64,000 nucleotides of DNA from NCBI GenBank assembly GCA_030390025.1, contig CM059432.1:140184001-140248000 (forward strand), given 5' to 3'. Origin of the DNA: Squalus acanthias (taxonomy: Eukaryota). The position numbers and the translations under genes were made by a program. The notes under the pieces are model-generated. The model was not told the DNA's origin. It made no database searches and saw only the letters and a program-made list of their open reading frames with translations. Shown here one piece after another: positions 51,731 to 64,000 of the stretch; position 1 is the first letter of the stretch; each line of letters opens with the position of its first letter.

Positions 51731-51997
51731 AGTGGGGGTGGATGGGGGCGGCAGGAATTTGGAGTGGAACCTGTTTCCACCAGGTTTCCATCTCCCTCTG
51801 GCAGCAATCAGAACTTCTGAAGAAAAGTCCTCAGAGAGATTTAGGTGTCCTCGTACATGAAACAGAGAGTTAGCATGCAGGTACAGCAAGCAATTAGGAA
51901 GGCAAATGGCATGTTGGCCTTTATTGCAAGAGGGTTGGAGGACAAGAGTAAGGAAGTCTTGCTACAATTGTACAGGGCTTTGGTGAGACCACACCTG

Positions 51998-52752
51998 GGG
52001 GGAGAAATTGGGTGCCTTTGCGCCTCTCGTTAGTGCCCCATTAGCGGCCCTGACAGTGCGCAAATGGCTTTGCGACCGAGCAGCGGCGCTGACATCGACT
52101 CCCGCCATATTCGGCGGGAGTTTTGCGGTGGCGCTACAGCGTTGCGACCTGATCTCCTTCGCCCGGAGATCTTGACGTCATCGCCGTGCGCATCGCCCCG
52201 GTAGCGCCCCGGACCCGAAATTGACTTCTGCCCCCTGCAGCAGCGCCGGTCGAAAACACCGACAGCCGCGGGAGGCGCGCATCGGGCGGCCGGCCGCTTC
52301 GGGGGGGCGACGATTAAAGCGAGGTGGCCGAGGAAAGAAAAAAAAACTTACCTTTCGTGTTGGTGTTTTTTTCACGGGTTCCTGCCCGTGATGGATCAGC
52401 CCGGCGCTCCGCTCGGCTGATTCGCGCGGATCGCGGCTGCCTTGGTGGTCCAGGTAGGTAATTTTTCTACTGCAGAGCCTGCAGTGCTGGCCCTTCCCTT
52501 TAAGGGAGGGAAGGAGCCTTGGAATGTGGCAGCGCTGCACGGCCCAGTGTGCAGCGCTGCTGAAGTCTCCGCCCTGATATTCGGGGTTAGCACTCCAAGA
52601 AGGAAGTGGAACGCTTGACTTAGTGCTCCACCTCCCTCTTGGGGCGCTAAAACTGAATTTCGTGGTCGTCGGCGCAAATTTGCGCAGGGCGCTAAAGTTT
52701 GCGCCCAGGCGATGTTCGCGCCCCAAAATGGTCGATCCCGAATTTTTCCCCC
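51998..52752. mobile_element. Harbinger-type MITE (GC-rich family), 755 bp
   Basis: TIR gggggagaaatt / aatttttccccc; TSD CTG. Confidence 0.9.
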
Positions 52753-53175
52753 CTGGAGTATTGTGCACAGTTTTGGTCTCCTTATCTGAAGAAGGATATA
52801 CTTGCCTTAGAGGCGGTACAAAGAAGGTTCACTAGATTGGTTCCTGGGATAAGAGCATTGTCCTATGAGGAGAGATTGAGTAAATTGGACATATAGAGCT
52901 CGATTTTGCCATTGGGGGCAGGCTGGGATGTATCAGGTGGTCAGCGTGTCAGGACCCTGACTCCGATGTGAAGTGGGAAAAAAGTGCAATTTTGCCCTAA
53001 TTGGGCACTTGATTTCCAGCGTGTGGAAACCCCTGGCCCAATGAGTCTTTTCATACAGAAAGTCACCTTCGGTGACGTTTTCAATGCTGCTGGATTTAAG
53101 ACCTGCAAGCAGCCTTGCTTCTTCTGGAGACTTTAAACTTTATGCCCATTGTTGTGATCGCTTAATTCAGCAACT

Positions 53176-55112
53176 ATGTCCAGCAGTAGGTCAAAGTGTG
53201 CTCCAAGGTTCGATGAGGCCTCCCTCCAAGCTCTGGTGGAGGGAGCAAGATCAAATAAGAGGTGCTCTTCCCTTCCTCAGGGAGGAAAAAGACTCCCCAA
53301 CAGACTAAAGCTGTCTGGATGCAAGTGGCCGAGGAGGTCAACTCAATCTCTATGTGCCGCAGAACCTGGCTGCAATGCAGGAAGAGGTTTCATGACCTTT
53401 TCCGCACAGGAAAAGTGAGTATGACTTTCCCATCTCCCTCAATCTGATCCCCATCGCCTCTCCTCACCAGCACTCTGCTTTGCCAACCTCTTCCTCCACA
53501 TCCCACTTGACACTGACATCCCTGCACCCTTACCCATTCCCTCTCTCTCTATGGTCACATTCACTTAACTATTCGACCATGCAGCCCTCACACTCCCTAT
53601 CACTGTGACACAATGACAACAACTTACAACACACAGGGAGGGCCCTTTGTCTCCTTCTAAGCATCTATGCTACGGATTCTCTACACTCACTCCTTCATTC
53701 TCACTCAAACTCCACTTATGTCCCTCATTGCAGGAAATGAGAGCCCACAATAAGAGGGAAAGAGCGAGGACAGGAGGAGGGCCACCCTCAGTAGCCCAGC
53801 TCACCACCTCGGAGGAGGCGGCCCTGGAAATTGCCGGGATCGAGCAGGATTCCCAAGTGGGGGACGGACAGACGGGCGCATCACAGCAAGCTCGTGACAG
53901 AATAGTTTGGCATCTCTCTCATTGACATTGCACGAGTGACTGATAATGATTCTGATGCTCTAACAGATTGACTTATGATCACCTGTACAATTCAATGTGC
54001 ATGCAACCTTTATCTCACATCTCTAACTCTTTCCTTTACTCCCCCACAGGATCAGCGACAGCCCTCGTCCCCACTGTCCAGGAGGAACAGCCTGAGCTTC
54101 CAGACTCCTCAGAGGAAGCTGCAACCTCTGAGGGCGCAGCGTCAGCAAAATCCAGCGCACCCAGCATGAGCGCAGACACTCACACCTCGGTGGGACCTTC
54201 GGGAGATAGAGTAGTGTTGTCACCTGGTGTATCACAGCTCACAAGTGAGCATCAGCAGATGGTGGAGACAGGGACAGCAGTGGAGAGTCCTCGTCGGAGG
54301 GCGCAGGACTCTCCCAGCTCGGCTCAGCTGCATGTCGACCCTGTACCCCCGGGTCCATCCAGAAGGAGAGCGATGCTGAAACTCCAGGAACAGGTGCAGG
54401 AGTCTCTGGCAGGTTTTGTCTCCAGGGTCACTGCGAGTGTGGAGCGGATGGAGGACTCCATCACTAACATGAGCAGAGCCTTTGTGGAGGCATTGGCGCA
54501 TGAATGCATCACCACGGAAAGGATGGCAACCTCCATGAAAAGAATGGCTACGGTAGAGGAGAGGATGGCTACGGCCATGGAGGAGCTAAGTCGCCAGAGT
54601 GTTGAAAACATGGTCATTGTTCAGAATAGACTGACATCTCTTGAGAAGCGATGGTCAGCTATTGAGCATAGAAACCAGACCTTCATGGAAGTCCTCTGGA
54701 GTAGGACTTCCAGTGCAGAAACGGGTCCTTATGGCCCCCCTGAAGTGCAGCAAGGTGCTGTCAAGCCACTTGCTAGCTCTGAAGTGGGGCTGACCCATGA
54801 GAGGGATGTTGGTGGCAGACAGCAAGGAAGTGGGGGCTCCTCTCCAAGCACTCACACGACCATGCCACTGCAAAGCCCTCGGTTAGAGCCCCACTAGAGT
54901 CCTCACCCAACTGAGATGGGCGCCTCAGCCCCTGCACAGCCGCAGGAGCAGCAGACTGTTGCCGAGCCCTCACAGGCTCGCAACCCCAGAGAACGCCAAA
55001 GGTGTCGAGACAGGAGCAGCAAGAAAGTGAGCAAGGGACCTCCACATCTGCTGAAGCCACAGGGGAAGCACCACGTAGGAGCATGCGTAAGAGGAAGATA
55101 ATGCACAAGTAT
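53176..55112 (+). pseudogene. Harbinger Myb/SANT-like gene (exons 53176-53414, 53734-53893, 54050-~55112), disrupted
   Basis: Exon 1 is 239 nt (1-nt deletion versus 240); premature TAG at 54895; homologous to 37155-39066. Confidence 0.85.
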
Positions 55113-55352
55113 TCACAAGGGTAGTCACTTGGGTGTTCTGTTGTATTGTTTTTTGACAAGCCATCCTTGTAATGTGATGATAAACAGATTTGATGGCAAA
55201 CTGTTGAAGTTGTGGCCTGTGTCATCTCGCAAATGGGACTTCCACATTGAGGGCTTAGGGTATGGTGGTCAGAGTGATAGGAATCTGCAGGTTCTTGTCC
55301 ATTGTCGATGCTCTGGTAAGAAGGTGCGAGGCAAATTGTTTGATTGTGCAGG

Positions 55353-55579
55353 CTAAGCAAATCTGGCCAACATGAGTGCGCCCCTTGCATCCCGGCCAGC
55401 AATGTGGTCGCGCGCTGGCGCCTTCTGGCCTGTGCAACTTCAGGTGGGTGAGCAGCAGCTTGACGCTCCTGTTATTGCTGCTGCTGTTGGTGCTGCTGTT
55501 GTTCATGGTTCAGCTGTTGCCGCGGCTGGTCTTCGTCTGAATCTGATGTCCAGGAGGAAAGGAAATAAATGGTTCTCAT
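55353..55579 (-). pseudogene. Transposase stub: putative N-terminus joined to C-terminus, DDE core absent
   Basis: MRTIYFLSSWTSDSDEDQ..Q-rich..ARRRQR then, in another frame, DHIAGRDARGALMLARFA* (compare EHIAAWETRDGLIVARIT* at 63237). Confidence 0.6.
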
Positions 55580-57019
55580 GCTTCTGGTATATACCTCAGT
55601 TGAGGAAGCGCCCAGTCAAGGTGGGGAGAGGGGTTTCCCAGGAGGTCACACTGGAGTTGCGTGTCAGGCTCCAAACTTCCACAACAATGAGTATGCCTGC
55701 TAAAAGTTCCCCCAGACCTGAGACAACAAAGTTTTGCCACCTGCAAATGATCATTGGCGAAAACTCTTTTTTAATGGTGGAGCTGCAGCTGTTAGTAAGC
55801 AATCCACTTGTGAGGCTTCCAGGATTAACTGGTGTGTTCCAGAGGAGACGTGCAGGATGAGGGAAATGTGTTAAAATCAGAAAGGCCTCTCAAAATGGAA
55901 TTATAGAGGCAATTAACTGGTTGTTAAGGGCCTATCCCGCCTCTTGGAGGCGGGATGGAAACGGGTTTGAAACCACGATTCTGGGAAAATTGCTCGGAGA
56001 CGGACTGGAGGCGCGATCGGAGCCGCCCGCCATTTTTTGTGATTTTAACACCTCACACGCCTCCAATCCCACCTCCTCAGGCCTGGCAAAATCGAGCCCT
56101 CACTCTCTGGAGTTTAGAAGAATGAGAGGTGATCTTATTGAAATGTTTAAGATTCTGAGGGGGATTGACAGGGTAGATGGTGAGAGGCTGTTTCCCCTGG
56201 CTATGTCTAGGGGGCAAAGTCTCATGATAAGGGGTCGGTCATTCAAGACTGAGATGAGGAGGAATTTCTTCACTCAGAGGTTTGTGAATCTTTGAAATTC
56301 TCTGGCTGTGGATGCTGAATCGTTGAGTATATTCAAGGCTGAGATAGATTTTTTGGACTCGAGGGAAATTGAGTGATATGTAGTTCGGGTGGGAAAGTGG
56401 AGTTGAGGTTAAAGGTCAGCCATGATCTCACTGAATGGCGGAGCAGGCTCGAGAGGCCATATGGCCGACTCCTGCTCCTAATTCTTTTGTTCTTATGTTC
56501 TTCTGCCTGGAACCCCTCCATCATGACATCACTCCTGGGGGTGGATCTCCAGGCTTCCTCGCAAACCCCAGCAGGCTGGCGCTCTTGTCTCTAGAAAAGA
56601 GAAGACTGAGTGGTGACCTGATAGAGGTCTTTAAAATTATGAATGGGTACGATAAGGTAGACGTCGAGAATATGTTTCCCCTTGTATGCAAGTTCTGCCT
56701 CTCATATGGTCAGTGGTAAGTATGCCTGCATGAAGCTGTGCCGGAAGTGGGCTCCAGAATGCCGTATCCAAATGGCAATTGGCAAACAGCTTGTTGAGAG
56801 GCCATCAGTTCTAATAATGACATTCAGGCCCAGCCAACATCACCGCCCCACCCTCGCACCAACAGAATGCCAAGGCAATCCTATTGGCTCCATGGGTTGG
56901 GCGCTCCAGTAGCCCGACTAATGATACAGGCGTCTGCGCCTGATATTCAAATGACTCCACCTCCACACTTTGGGACGGGATCACGGTGAGGACAGATGGA
57001 AGTCAACTCCACCGTATAT

Positions 57020-60000
57020 TTATTTTATTAGTTCCGGGATGTGGGCGTCGCTGGCAAGGCCAGCATTTATTGCCCATCCCTAATTGCCCTTGAGAAGGTG
57101 GTGGTGAGCCGCCTACTTGAACCGCTGCAGTCGTGTGGTGAAGGTGCTCCCACAGTGCTGTCAGGGAGGGAGTTCCAGGATTTTGACCCAGCGACGATGA
57201 AGGATCGGCGATATACTTCTGAGTCAGGATGGTATGTGACTTGGAGGGGAACTTGCAGGTGGTGGTGTTTCCATGCGCCTGCTGCCCTTGTCCTTCTAGG
57301 TGGAAGAGGTCGCGGGTTTGGGAGGTGCTGCTGAAGAAGCTTTGGTGAGTTGCTGCAGTGCATCTTGTAGATGGTACACACTGCAGCCACGGTGCGCCGG
57401 TGGTGGAGGGAGTGAATGTATAAGATGGTGGATGGGGTGCCAATCAAGCGGGCTGCTTTGTCCTGCGTGGTGTCGAGCTTCTTGAGTATTGTTGGAGCTG
57501 CACTAATCCAGGAAAGTGGAGAGTATTCCATTACACTCCTGACTTGTGCCTTGTAGATGGTGGAAAGTCTTTGGGGAGTCAGGAGGTGAGAGACTCGCTG
57601 CAGAATACCCAGCCTCTGACCTGCTCTTGTTGCCACAGTATTTATGTGGCTGGTCCAGTTAAGTTTCTGGTCAATGGTGACCCCCAGGAGTTGGATGGTG
57701 GAGGATTCGGCGATGGTAATGCCGTTGAATGTCAAGGGGCGGTGGTTAGATCTCTCTTGTTGGAGATAGTCATTGTCTGGCACTTGTGTGGCGTGAATGT
57801 TACCTGCCACTTATCAGCCCAAGCCTGAATGTCGTGCAGGTCTTCATTATCTGAGGAGTTGTGAATGGCACTGAACACTGTGCAATCATCAGCGAACATC
57901 CCCACTTCTGACCTTATGATGGAGGGAAGGTCATTGATGAAGCAGCTGAAGATGGTTGGGCCTCGGACACTGTCCTGAGGAACTCCTGCAGTGATGTCCT
58001 GGGGCTGAGATGATTGACCTCCAACAACCACAACCATCTTCCTTTGTGCTAGGTACGACTCCAGCCAGTGGAGAGTTTTCCCCCTGGTTCCCATTGACTT
58101 CAATTTTACTAGGGCTCCTTGATGCCACACTCGGTCAAATGCTGCCTTGATGTCAAGGGCAGTCACTCTCATCTCACCTCTGGAATTCAGCTGTTTTGTC
58201 CATGTTTGGACCAAGGCTGTAATGAGGTCTGTAGCCGAGTGGTCCTGGCGGAACCCAAACTGGGCATCAGTGAGCAGGTTATTGGTGAGTCAGTGCTGCT
58301 TGATAGCACTGTGGACGGCACCTTCCATCACTTTGCTGATGATTGAGAGTAGACTGACGGGGTGGTAATTGGCTGGATTGGATTTGTCCTGCTTTTGTGG
58401 ACAGGACATACCTGGGCAGTTTTCCGCATCGTCAGGTAGATGCCAGTGTTGTAGCTGTACTGGAACAGCTTAGCTAGAGACGCAGCTAATTCTGGAGCAC
58501 AAGTCTTTAGCACAACAGCCGGGATGTTGTCGGGGCCCACAGCCTTTGCTGTATCCAGTGCGCTCAGCCGTTTCTTGATATCACGTGGAGTGAATCGAAT
58601 TGGTTGAAGACTGGCTTCTGTGATGGTGGGGACCTCAAGAGGAGGCCGATATGGATCATCCACTCGGCAGTTCTGGCTGAAGATGGTTGCAAACACTTCA
58701 GCCTTGTCTTTTGCACTCACGTGCTGGGCTCCACCATCATTGAGGATGGAGATATTCATGGAGCCTCCTCCTCCCGTTAGTTGTTTAATTGTCCACCACC
58801 ATTCATGACTGGATGTGGCAAGACTGCAGAGCCTTGATCAGATCCATTGATTGTGGGATCACTTAGCTCTGTCTATTGCATGCTGCTTCTGCTTTTTAGC
58901 ATACATGTAGTCCTATGTTGCAGCTTCCCCAGGTTGGCACCTCCTTTTTAGGTACGGCTGGTGCTGCTCCTGGCATGCTCTTCTACACTCCTTATTGAAC
59001 CAGGATTGATTTTAGTGGTAGAGTGAGGGATATGCCGGGCCATTAGGTTACTGATTGTGGTGGAATACAATTCTGCTGCTGCATATGGCCCACAGCACCT
59101 CATGGATGCCCAGTTTTGAGCTGCCAGATCTGTTCTGAATCAATCCCATTTAGCACGGTGGCAGTGCCACACAACACGATGGAGGGTGTCCTCAGTGTGA
59201 AGACGGGACTTCATCTCCACAGGAACTATGTGGTGGTCACTACTACCAATGCTGTCATGGACAGATGCATCTGCGACAGGTAGATTGGTGAGGACGAGGT
59301 CAAGTAGGTTTTTCCCTCATGTTGGTTCTCTCACCACCTGCTACAGGCCCAGTCTGGCAGTTGTGTCAGGGCTCGGTCAGTAGTGGTGCTACTGAGCCAC
59401 TCTTGGTGATGGACATTGAAGTCCCCCACCCAGAGTACATTCTGCGCCCTTGCTACCCTCATGCCTCTTCCAAGTGGTGTTCAACATGGAGGAGTACTGA
59501 TTCATCAGCTGAGGGAGGGCGGTAGGCGGTAACCAGCAGGCGGTTTCCTTGCCCATGCTTGACCTGAAGCTATGAGACTTCATGGGGTCTGGAGTCAATG
59601 TTGAGGACTCCCAGGGCCACTCCTTCCCGACTGTATATCACTGTGCCTCCACCCCTGGTGGGTCTATCCTGCCGGTGGGACAGGACATACCCAGGGATGG
59701 TGATAGAGGAGTCTGGAACATTGGCTGAAAGGTATGATTCTGTGAGTATGACTATATCAGGCTGTTGCCTGACTAGTCTGTGGGACAGCTCTCCTAATTT
59801 TGGCACAAGTTCCCAGATGTTAGTGAGGAGGACTTTGCAGGGTCGACTGGACTGGGTGTGCCGTTGTTGTGTTCGAAGCCGGTGCCGAGGTCGATGACGG
59901 GTGGTCCGTCAGGTTTTATTCTTACTGTTTCAGTTTATTACAGCAGAGTGGCTTGCTGGGCCATTTCAGAGGGCAGTTAAGAGTCAGCCACATTGCTGTG

Positions 60001-60040
60001 GGTCTGGAGTCACATATAGGCCAGACCGGGTAAGGATGAC
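57020..60040 (-). mobile_element. CR1-group LINE (family 2), near full length, APE endonuclease plus RT, frameshifted
   Basis: PDIVILTESYL, GGGTVIY, ALDIKAAFDRVWH, MFADD; 5' region matches 19620-19800. Confidence 0.92.
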
Positions 60041-60458
60041 ATCTGGTGGTGGATTTGGGGTTTCTGCCATTTCGAATAAACCAATCGAGTGGTAAACTCT
60101 CTGGGACTTTATTGCCAACTGGCCTTGCTGGCCTTTCAGTAAAATCACCAATTTAGTACCAAATTGGTGCAGTGTTTGCTTTGGGGCATGCCCACTAGGG
60201 AACTAGCCCAAACTCATTCGCTACAGGACTGTTACAGCCAGCAGAGAGAGGTAGGTTAGATTTGAATCCAAACCAGAGCTGAAAGAATGGCGTGCTAATC
60301 CACTGCATCATCCGGTTCTGTATTCTCTCCACCTCAATCCAGAGTCCTTCCCGAAATTATGAAGCTTGTGTTTGAAATATTTTTCCAGTTTGTATGGTTG
60401 GTGATTATTCAATTACTTGATTGAAGGAATTGTTTTAATTTTTTTTTTAAAAGTCTTT

Positions 60459-61197
60459 GGGGGAGAAATTCGGTTGGTTAGCGCCTGGGGGGGGGCAATA
60501 ACGGGGCGCTAAGGGGTTAGCGACCGGGCACGGCGAATGCAGCGACGCCCGCGAAATTCATTTCCGATTTAGCGCTGGCGCTACCTCTTCCCGCCTGGGC
60601 CTCGAGCGCCTCGCAGATCGTGATGTCATCAAGTGCGCAGCGCCCCGTTACCGCCCCGGATGTGAAATTGCCTCCCGCCCCCCCCCCTGCTGTATCGCCG
60701 GCCGTGAACAACGGCAGGAAGAGGAGGCGTTGTCAATGCGGCTGGCCGCTTGGGGGGCGCTATTTAAAGGGAAGGGTTTTCAGGTAGGCCAACCTTTAAT
60801 ATTTCCACCAGTCTGGTTCCTGCTGAAAGTTTTTGGTCGCTTCATTGCGACAAGATGTCCAAGCCCTCCACTTTGAGAGAGTGTTTGGGGCTCGCAACGC
60901 AGACCTGCCGACAAGTGGGTTGTGAAGCATCACCGGCCCTTCCCTTTAAGCGGGGGAAGCAGCCTCTGATGCCGTTAGTGATGCGCTTCAAATGGTTCAG
61001 CGCTCTGCCGCTACCGCCCCGCTCCCGGACTTTAGCGCCCGAGGAGAAGTGGTTAGCGCTTGATTTAGCGCTCCACTTCCCTCTTGGAGCGCGAAGGCTG
61101 AATTTCCCGTCAGGAGAGAATCATTAGCGCTTCGCCCTACTTTTCCTACTTTTCAGAAGTTAGCGCCCCAAGCGGGACGATACCCAATTTTTGTCCC
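60459..61197. mobile_element. Harbinger-type MITE (GC-rich family), 739 bp
   Basis: TIR gggggagaaatt / aatttttgtccc; TSD TTT. Confidence 0.88.
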
Positions 61198-61514
61198 TTT
61201 ATGTTTACATATTTCGTCATGTTTAAGAAGCATTGGCCAGAATTTTCTGTACCTGGGCTGGTTGCCGTGGCAGGTCGCGACCCCGTTCCTCATTTCATTC
61301 CGCTCCTGAGATCAACTTTCCCTTCATGGCGCCTATTAAAGCCGCCCTGCGCGTTACCCGGCCCTATTAAATGGTGTGGGCTTGATGATGTCATCGATGT
61401 CGTGTTTTCAGCCGGGATATTTAAAGGAGCCATGGCCACATTGCATTTGAAGGTTGAGCTAGGATTGTGCAGGCACTGTACTGCACCATTGGAGTGTTCC
61501 AAACACAAGGAAAC

Positions 61515-62949
61515 ATGACTGCACAGAGGCAGAGGGCTGCACCCAGGTTCTCAGATGACTCCCTCCATATGCTTGTGGAGGGAGTCAGAGCTCGCAGGGA
61601 GGTCCTCTTCCCTTCGGACGGGCGGAAGAGACCTCCCCAGCAGACCAAAGGAGTCCGGTTGGAGATTACAGAGGAGGTCAACAGCAGGGATGTGGTCAGG
61701 GGGGCCTGGGTGCAGTGCCGGAAATGCTTCAATTATCTCATTAGATCAGGAAAGGTGAGTACAAAGCCACACTCAACTTCATCCTGCTGTGCCTCTCATC
61801 ACATTCCCATCACTCCGCCTTCCCAAGCCTGCTCCTGCACATCATTATTCACGCCAAGATACATTGCACGTCCACCCATCCCTCTCTATCTATCTACATT
61901 ATCACATCCCCATCTGACTAACCACCCCTCACACTCACCCTCATCCTAATGCAATCATACCAACTAACAACACACTAGGAGGCCACTTGGCATTGGCACC
62001 CCACTCCCTCATAGTCTCCCTCTAAAGATGTTACCCATCCATTCCTTACACTCATTCCATCACACTCACTCAAACTTCTCCTCTTTCCCTCCTTGCAGGA
62101 GAAGAGAGCGCACAATAAGAGGGAGAGGGAGAGACCCTCTGAGGGAGCACCATCACCAGACATAAGCGCACCCAGCACCAGCGCAGATACGCACACCTCG
62201 GTGGGTCCCACACGAGATAGTGTTGTCACCAGGTCTGTCACAAGTGAGCAAGAGCAGATGGTGGAGACAGGGACAGCAGTGGAGACTCCTCGCCAGAGGG
62301 CACAGGGTGCTCCCAGCTCTGCTCAGCTGCATGCAGACGCTGAGCCTCGGGGGCCATCCAGAAAGAGGGCGATCCTGGAGGGGCAGCAAGAAGTGCAGGA
62401 GGCTATGACAGGTTTTGGACCATAATGTCTACAAATGTGCAGAGAATGGAGGGATCCGTTTCCAACATGAGCACCATGTCGCAGGTGATGGCGACTGTAG
62501 GCTCTTCCATGGAAAGGATGGCCACCTGCATAAAGCAGCTAATGCGTCACTCACAGGAGCACATGGTATCTATGCAGAATAGATGGCAGAGGCTCATAGA
62601 CCTCCTCTCTAGGAGGGATGTAAACATAGACTAGGGTCCTCATGGCCCTAGGTGCAGCAAGGTGCTCTCCAGCTCCTTGCTAGCAGGGAAGTGCGGGTGG
62701 CCCATGAGAGGGATGACGGTGAGAGGGGAGAGGGAAGTAGGGGCTCATCTCAAAGCCCTTACACTTCTCCCCCGTTGCATCCCACTCAGTCAAAACCCCA
62801 CATGCCCCCTGGGATCACGATGGCCGAGTCTGCTAAAAGTGTCTACAGAATCGCAGCATGGAAGTGAGCAGGCTGCCTCGGCATCTGCTGAAGTCAGAGG
62901 GGTAGCACCTCGTAGAAGCATGCATAAGAGAAAGATGAAACACAAGTAG
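61515..62949 (+). pseudogene. Harbinger Myb/SANT-like gene (exon 1 61515-61754; fused exon 2/3 from 62099), disrupted
   Basis: APRFSDDSLHMLVEGV...AWVQCRKCFNYL; downstream frameshifts; ends KRKMKHK*. Confidence 0.85.
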
Positions 62950-63236
62950 GTGCATAAGGGTAAGCACTTGGATGTTTTAATAACTGTTTTTGTGAAGATT
63001 CCGTTAATCTGATGTCACAGATAAAAATGATTATTTTCACCACTTTTCATGGCCAATTCTGTCTGCAACTTTGGAAGTGGCTTAGTCAGGAATGATGAGA
63101 CATAACATTACCTCCAGCAATGGCGGTCAGTGTGAAAGGAATGGCTTGGTCATTGTAGGGATGCTTTATGGTGTTGTTTTGGGGTGTTGGGAGCCTGGCA
63201 CAGCATATGGCAGCCATATGGGTGTAATGCCTGAAG

Positions 63237-64000
63237 TTAAGTAATTCTGGCCACGATGAGGCCATCCCTGGTCTCCCAGGCAGCAATGTGCTCAGGTGCT
63301 GGTGGGATCTGGACCGCAGGTTCCTCCTCCTCCTCCTCCTCGTCATCCAACTGATGTTCCTCCTCCTCCTCCCAAGAGGCTGTGTGCTCAGAGCCTTGCT
63401 CCTCATTTAGCGCTAATCCTCGCTGCTGCGCTGTGTTGTGCAGGGTGCAGCAGACCACGACGACCCTGGCTGGTGCGTACTGAAGGGCTCCTCCTGATCT
63501 GTCAAGTCATCTGAAGCGCATTTTCAACATGCCTATTGTCTGCTCTATGACACATCTGGTGGACATGTGTATGTCATTATATCTCTCCTCGGCCTCAGTA
63601 CTTGGCCTCCTCAAGGGTGTCATGAGCCACATCTTCAGTGGATAGCCCTTGTCTCCAAGCAACCTGCCAGAAAGTCTGTTTGGAGGAACAAAGAGCTGAG
63701 GGAGTGTGGACTGGCGCAGGACGGAAGAGTCATGACAGCTGCCAGGGAATCCGGCGCACACATGCATGATGATCTTCCTATGGTTGGAGACGAGCTGCAC
63801 ATTGAGGGAATGGAAGCCCTTGCAGTTGACAAAGACTCCTAGGTGATGTGGGGGTGCCCTGATGGCCACATGTGTGCAGTCGATGACGCCCTGCACCCAT
63901 GGGAAGCCAGCCAGAGCGGTAAAGCCAAGTGCCTGCTCAGTAATACTGGCTTCATCAGTGGCAAAGTTCACATAATTGGCTGACTTGTCAAACAGGGCAT
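63237..64000 (-). pseudogene. Harbinger (HARBI1-like) DDE transposase with a premature stop at 63507
   Basis: [25 protein letters not shown] triad; KMRFR*LDRSGGALQY; VCCTLHN; acidic tail. Confidence 0.93.

Larger units (their letters stand above)
52896..56099 (+). mobile_element. PIF/Harbinger deletion derivative (3.2 kb) with both TIRs
   Basis: TIR gagctcgattttgcca / tggcaaaatcgagccc; Myb pseudogene on plus, transposase stub on minus. Confidence 0.9.
51830..56500 (+). mobile_element. CR1 3' fragment hosting two Harbinger insertions
   Basis: LVRPHL|EYCAQFWSP...LSKLDI|SLEFRRMRGDL joins across both inserts. Confidence 0.85.
61235..64000 (+). mobile_element. PIF/Harbinger transposon running off the window end
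   Basis: Terminus ggccagaatttt; convergent Myb and DDE transposase genes. Confidence 0.92.

Noticed and set aside
52178..52768. 196-aa ORF and similar ORFs at 32503-33133
   Set aside because: Expected by chance in GC-rich MITEs; not shared among sister elements
63237..64000. Host HARBI1 gene
   Set aside because: Premature stop and position inside a TIR-bounded element opposite a Myb gene indicate a transposon copy

Overview
Eukaryotic, repeat-dense DNA with no recognisable host protein-coding gene and no prokaryotic features. The repeat content (a SacSINE1/Deu-type tRNA-SINE, abundant CR1, L2 and RTE LINEs) suggests a cartilaginous fish; this is an inference. Main contents: (1) three PIF/Harbinger transposons with a Myb/SANT gene convergent on a decayed DDE transposase, one Myb gene being intact (471 aa, 3 exons); (2) about ten non-coding Harbinger-type MITEs from at least three sequence families, all about 750 bp, with covarying hairpins, promoter-like motifs and splice donors; (3) a truncated Penelope-like element (RT + GIY-YIG) and six small non-coding Penelope-derived insertions carrying minimal hammerhead ribozyme motifs, including a repeated two-hammerhead retrozyme-like unit; (4) a CR1-group LINE with a tRNA-like Pol III head and no ORF1; (5) a Tigger-like MITE, an inverted local duplication and a candidate conserved non-coding element. 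Element ends defined by TSD/TIR were read by eye; LINE and SINE fragment ends are approximate.
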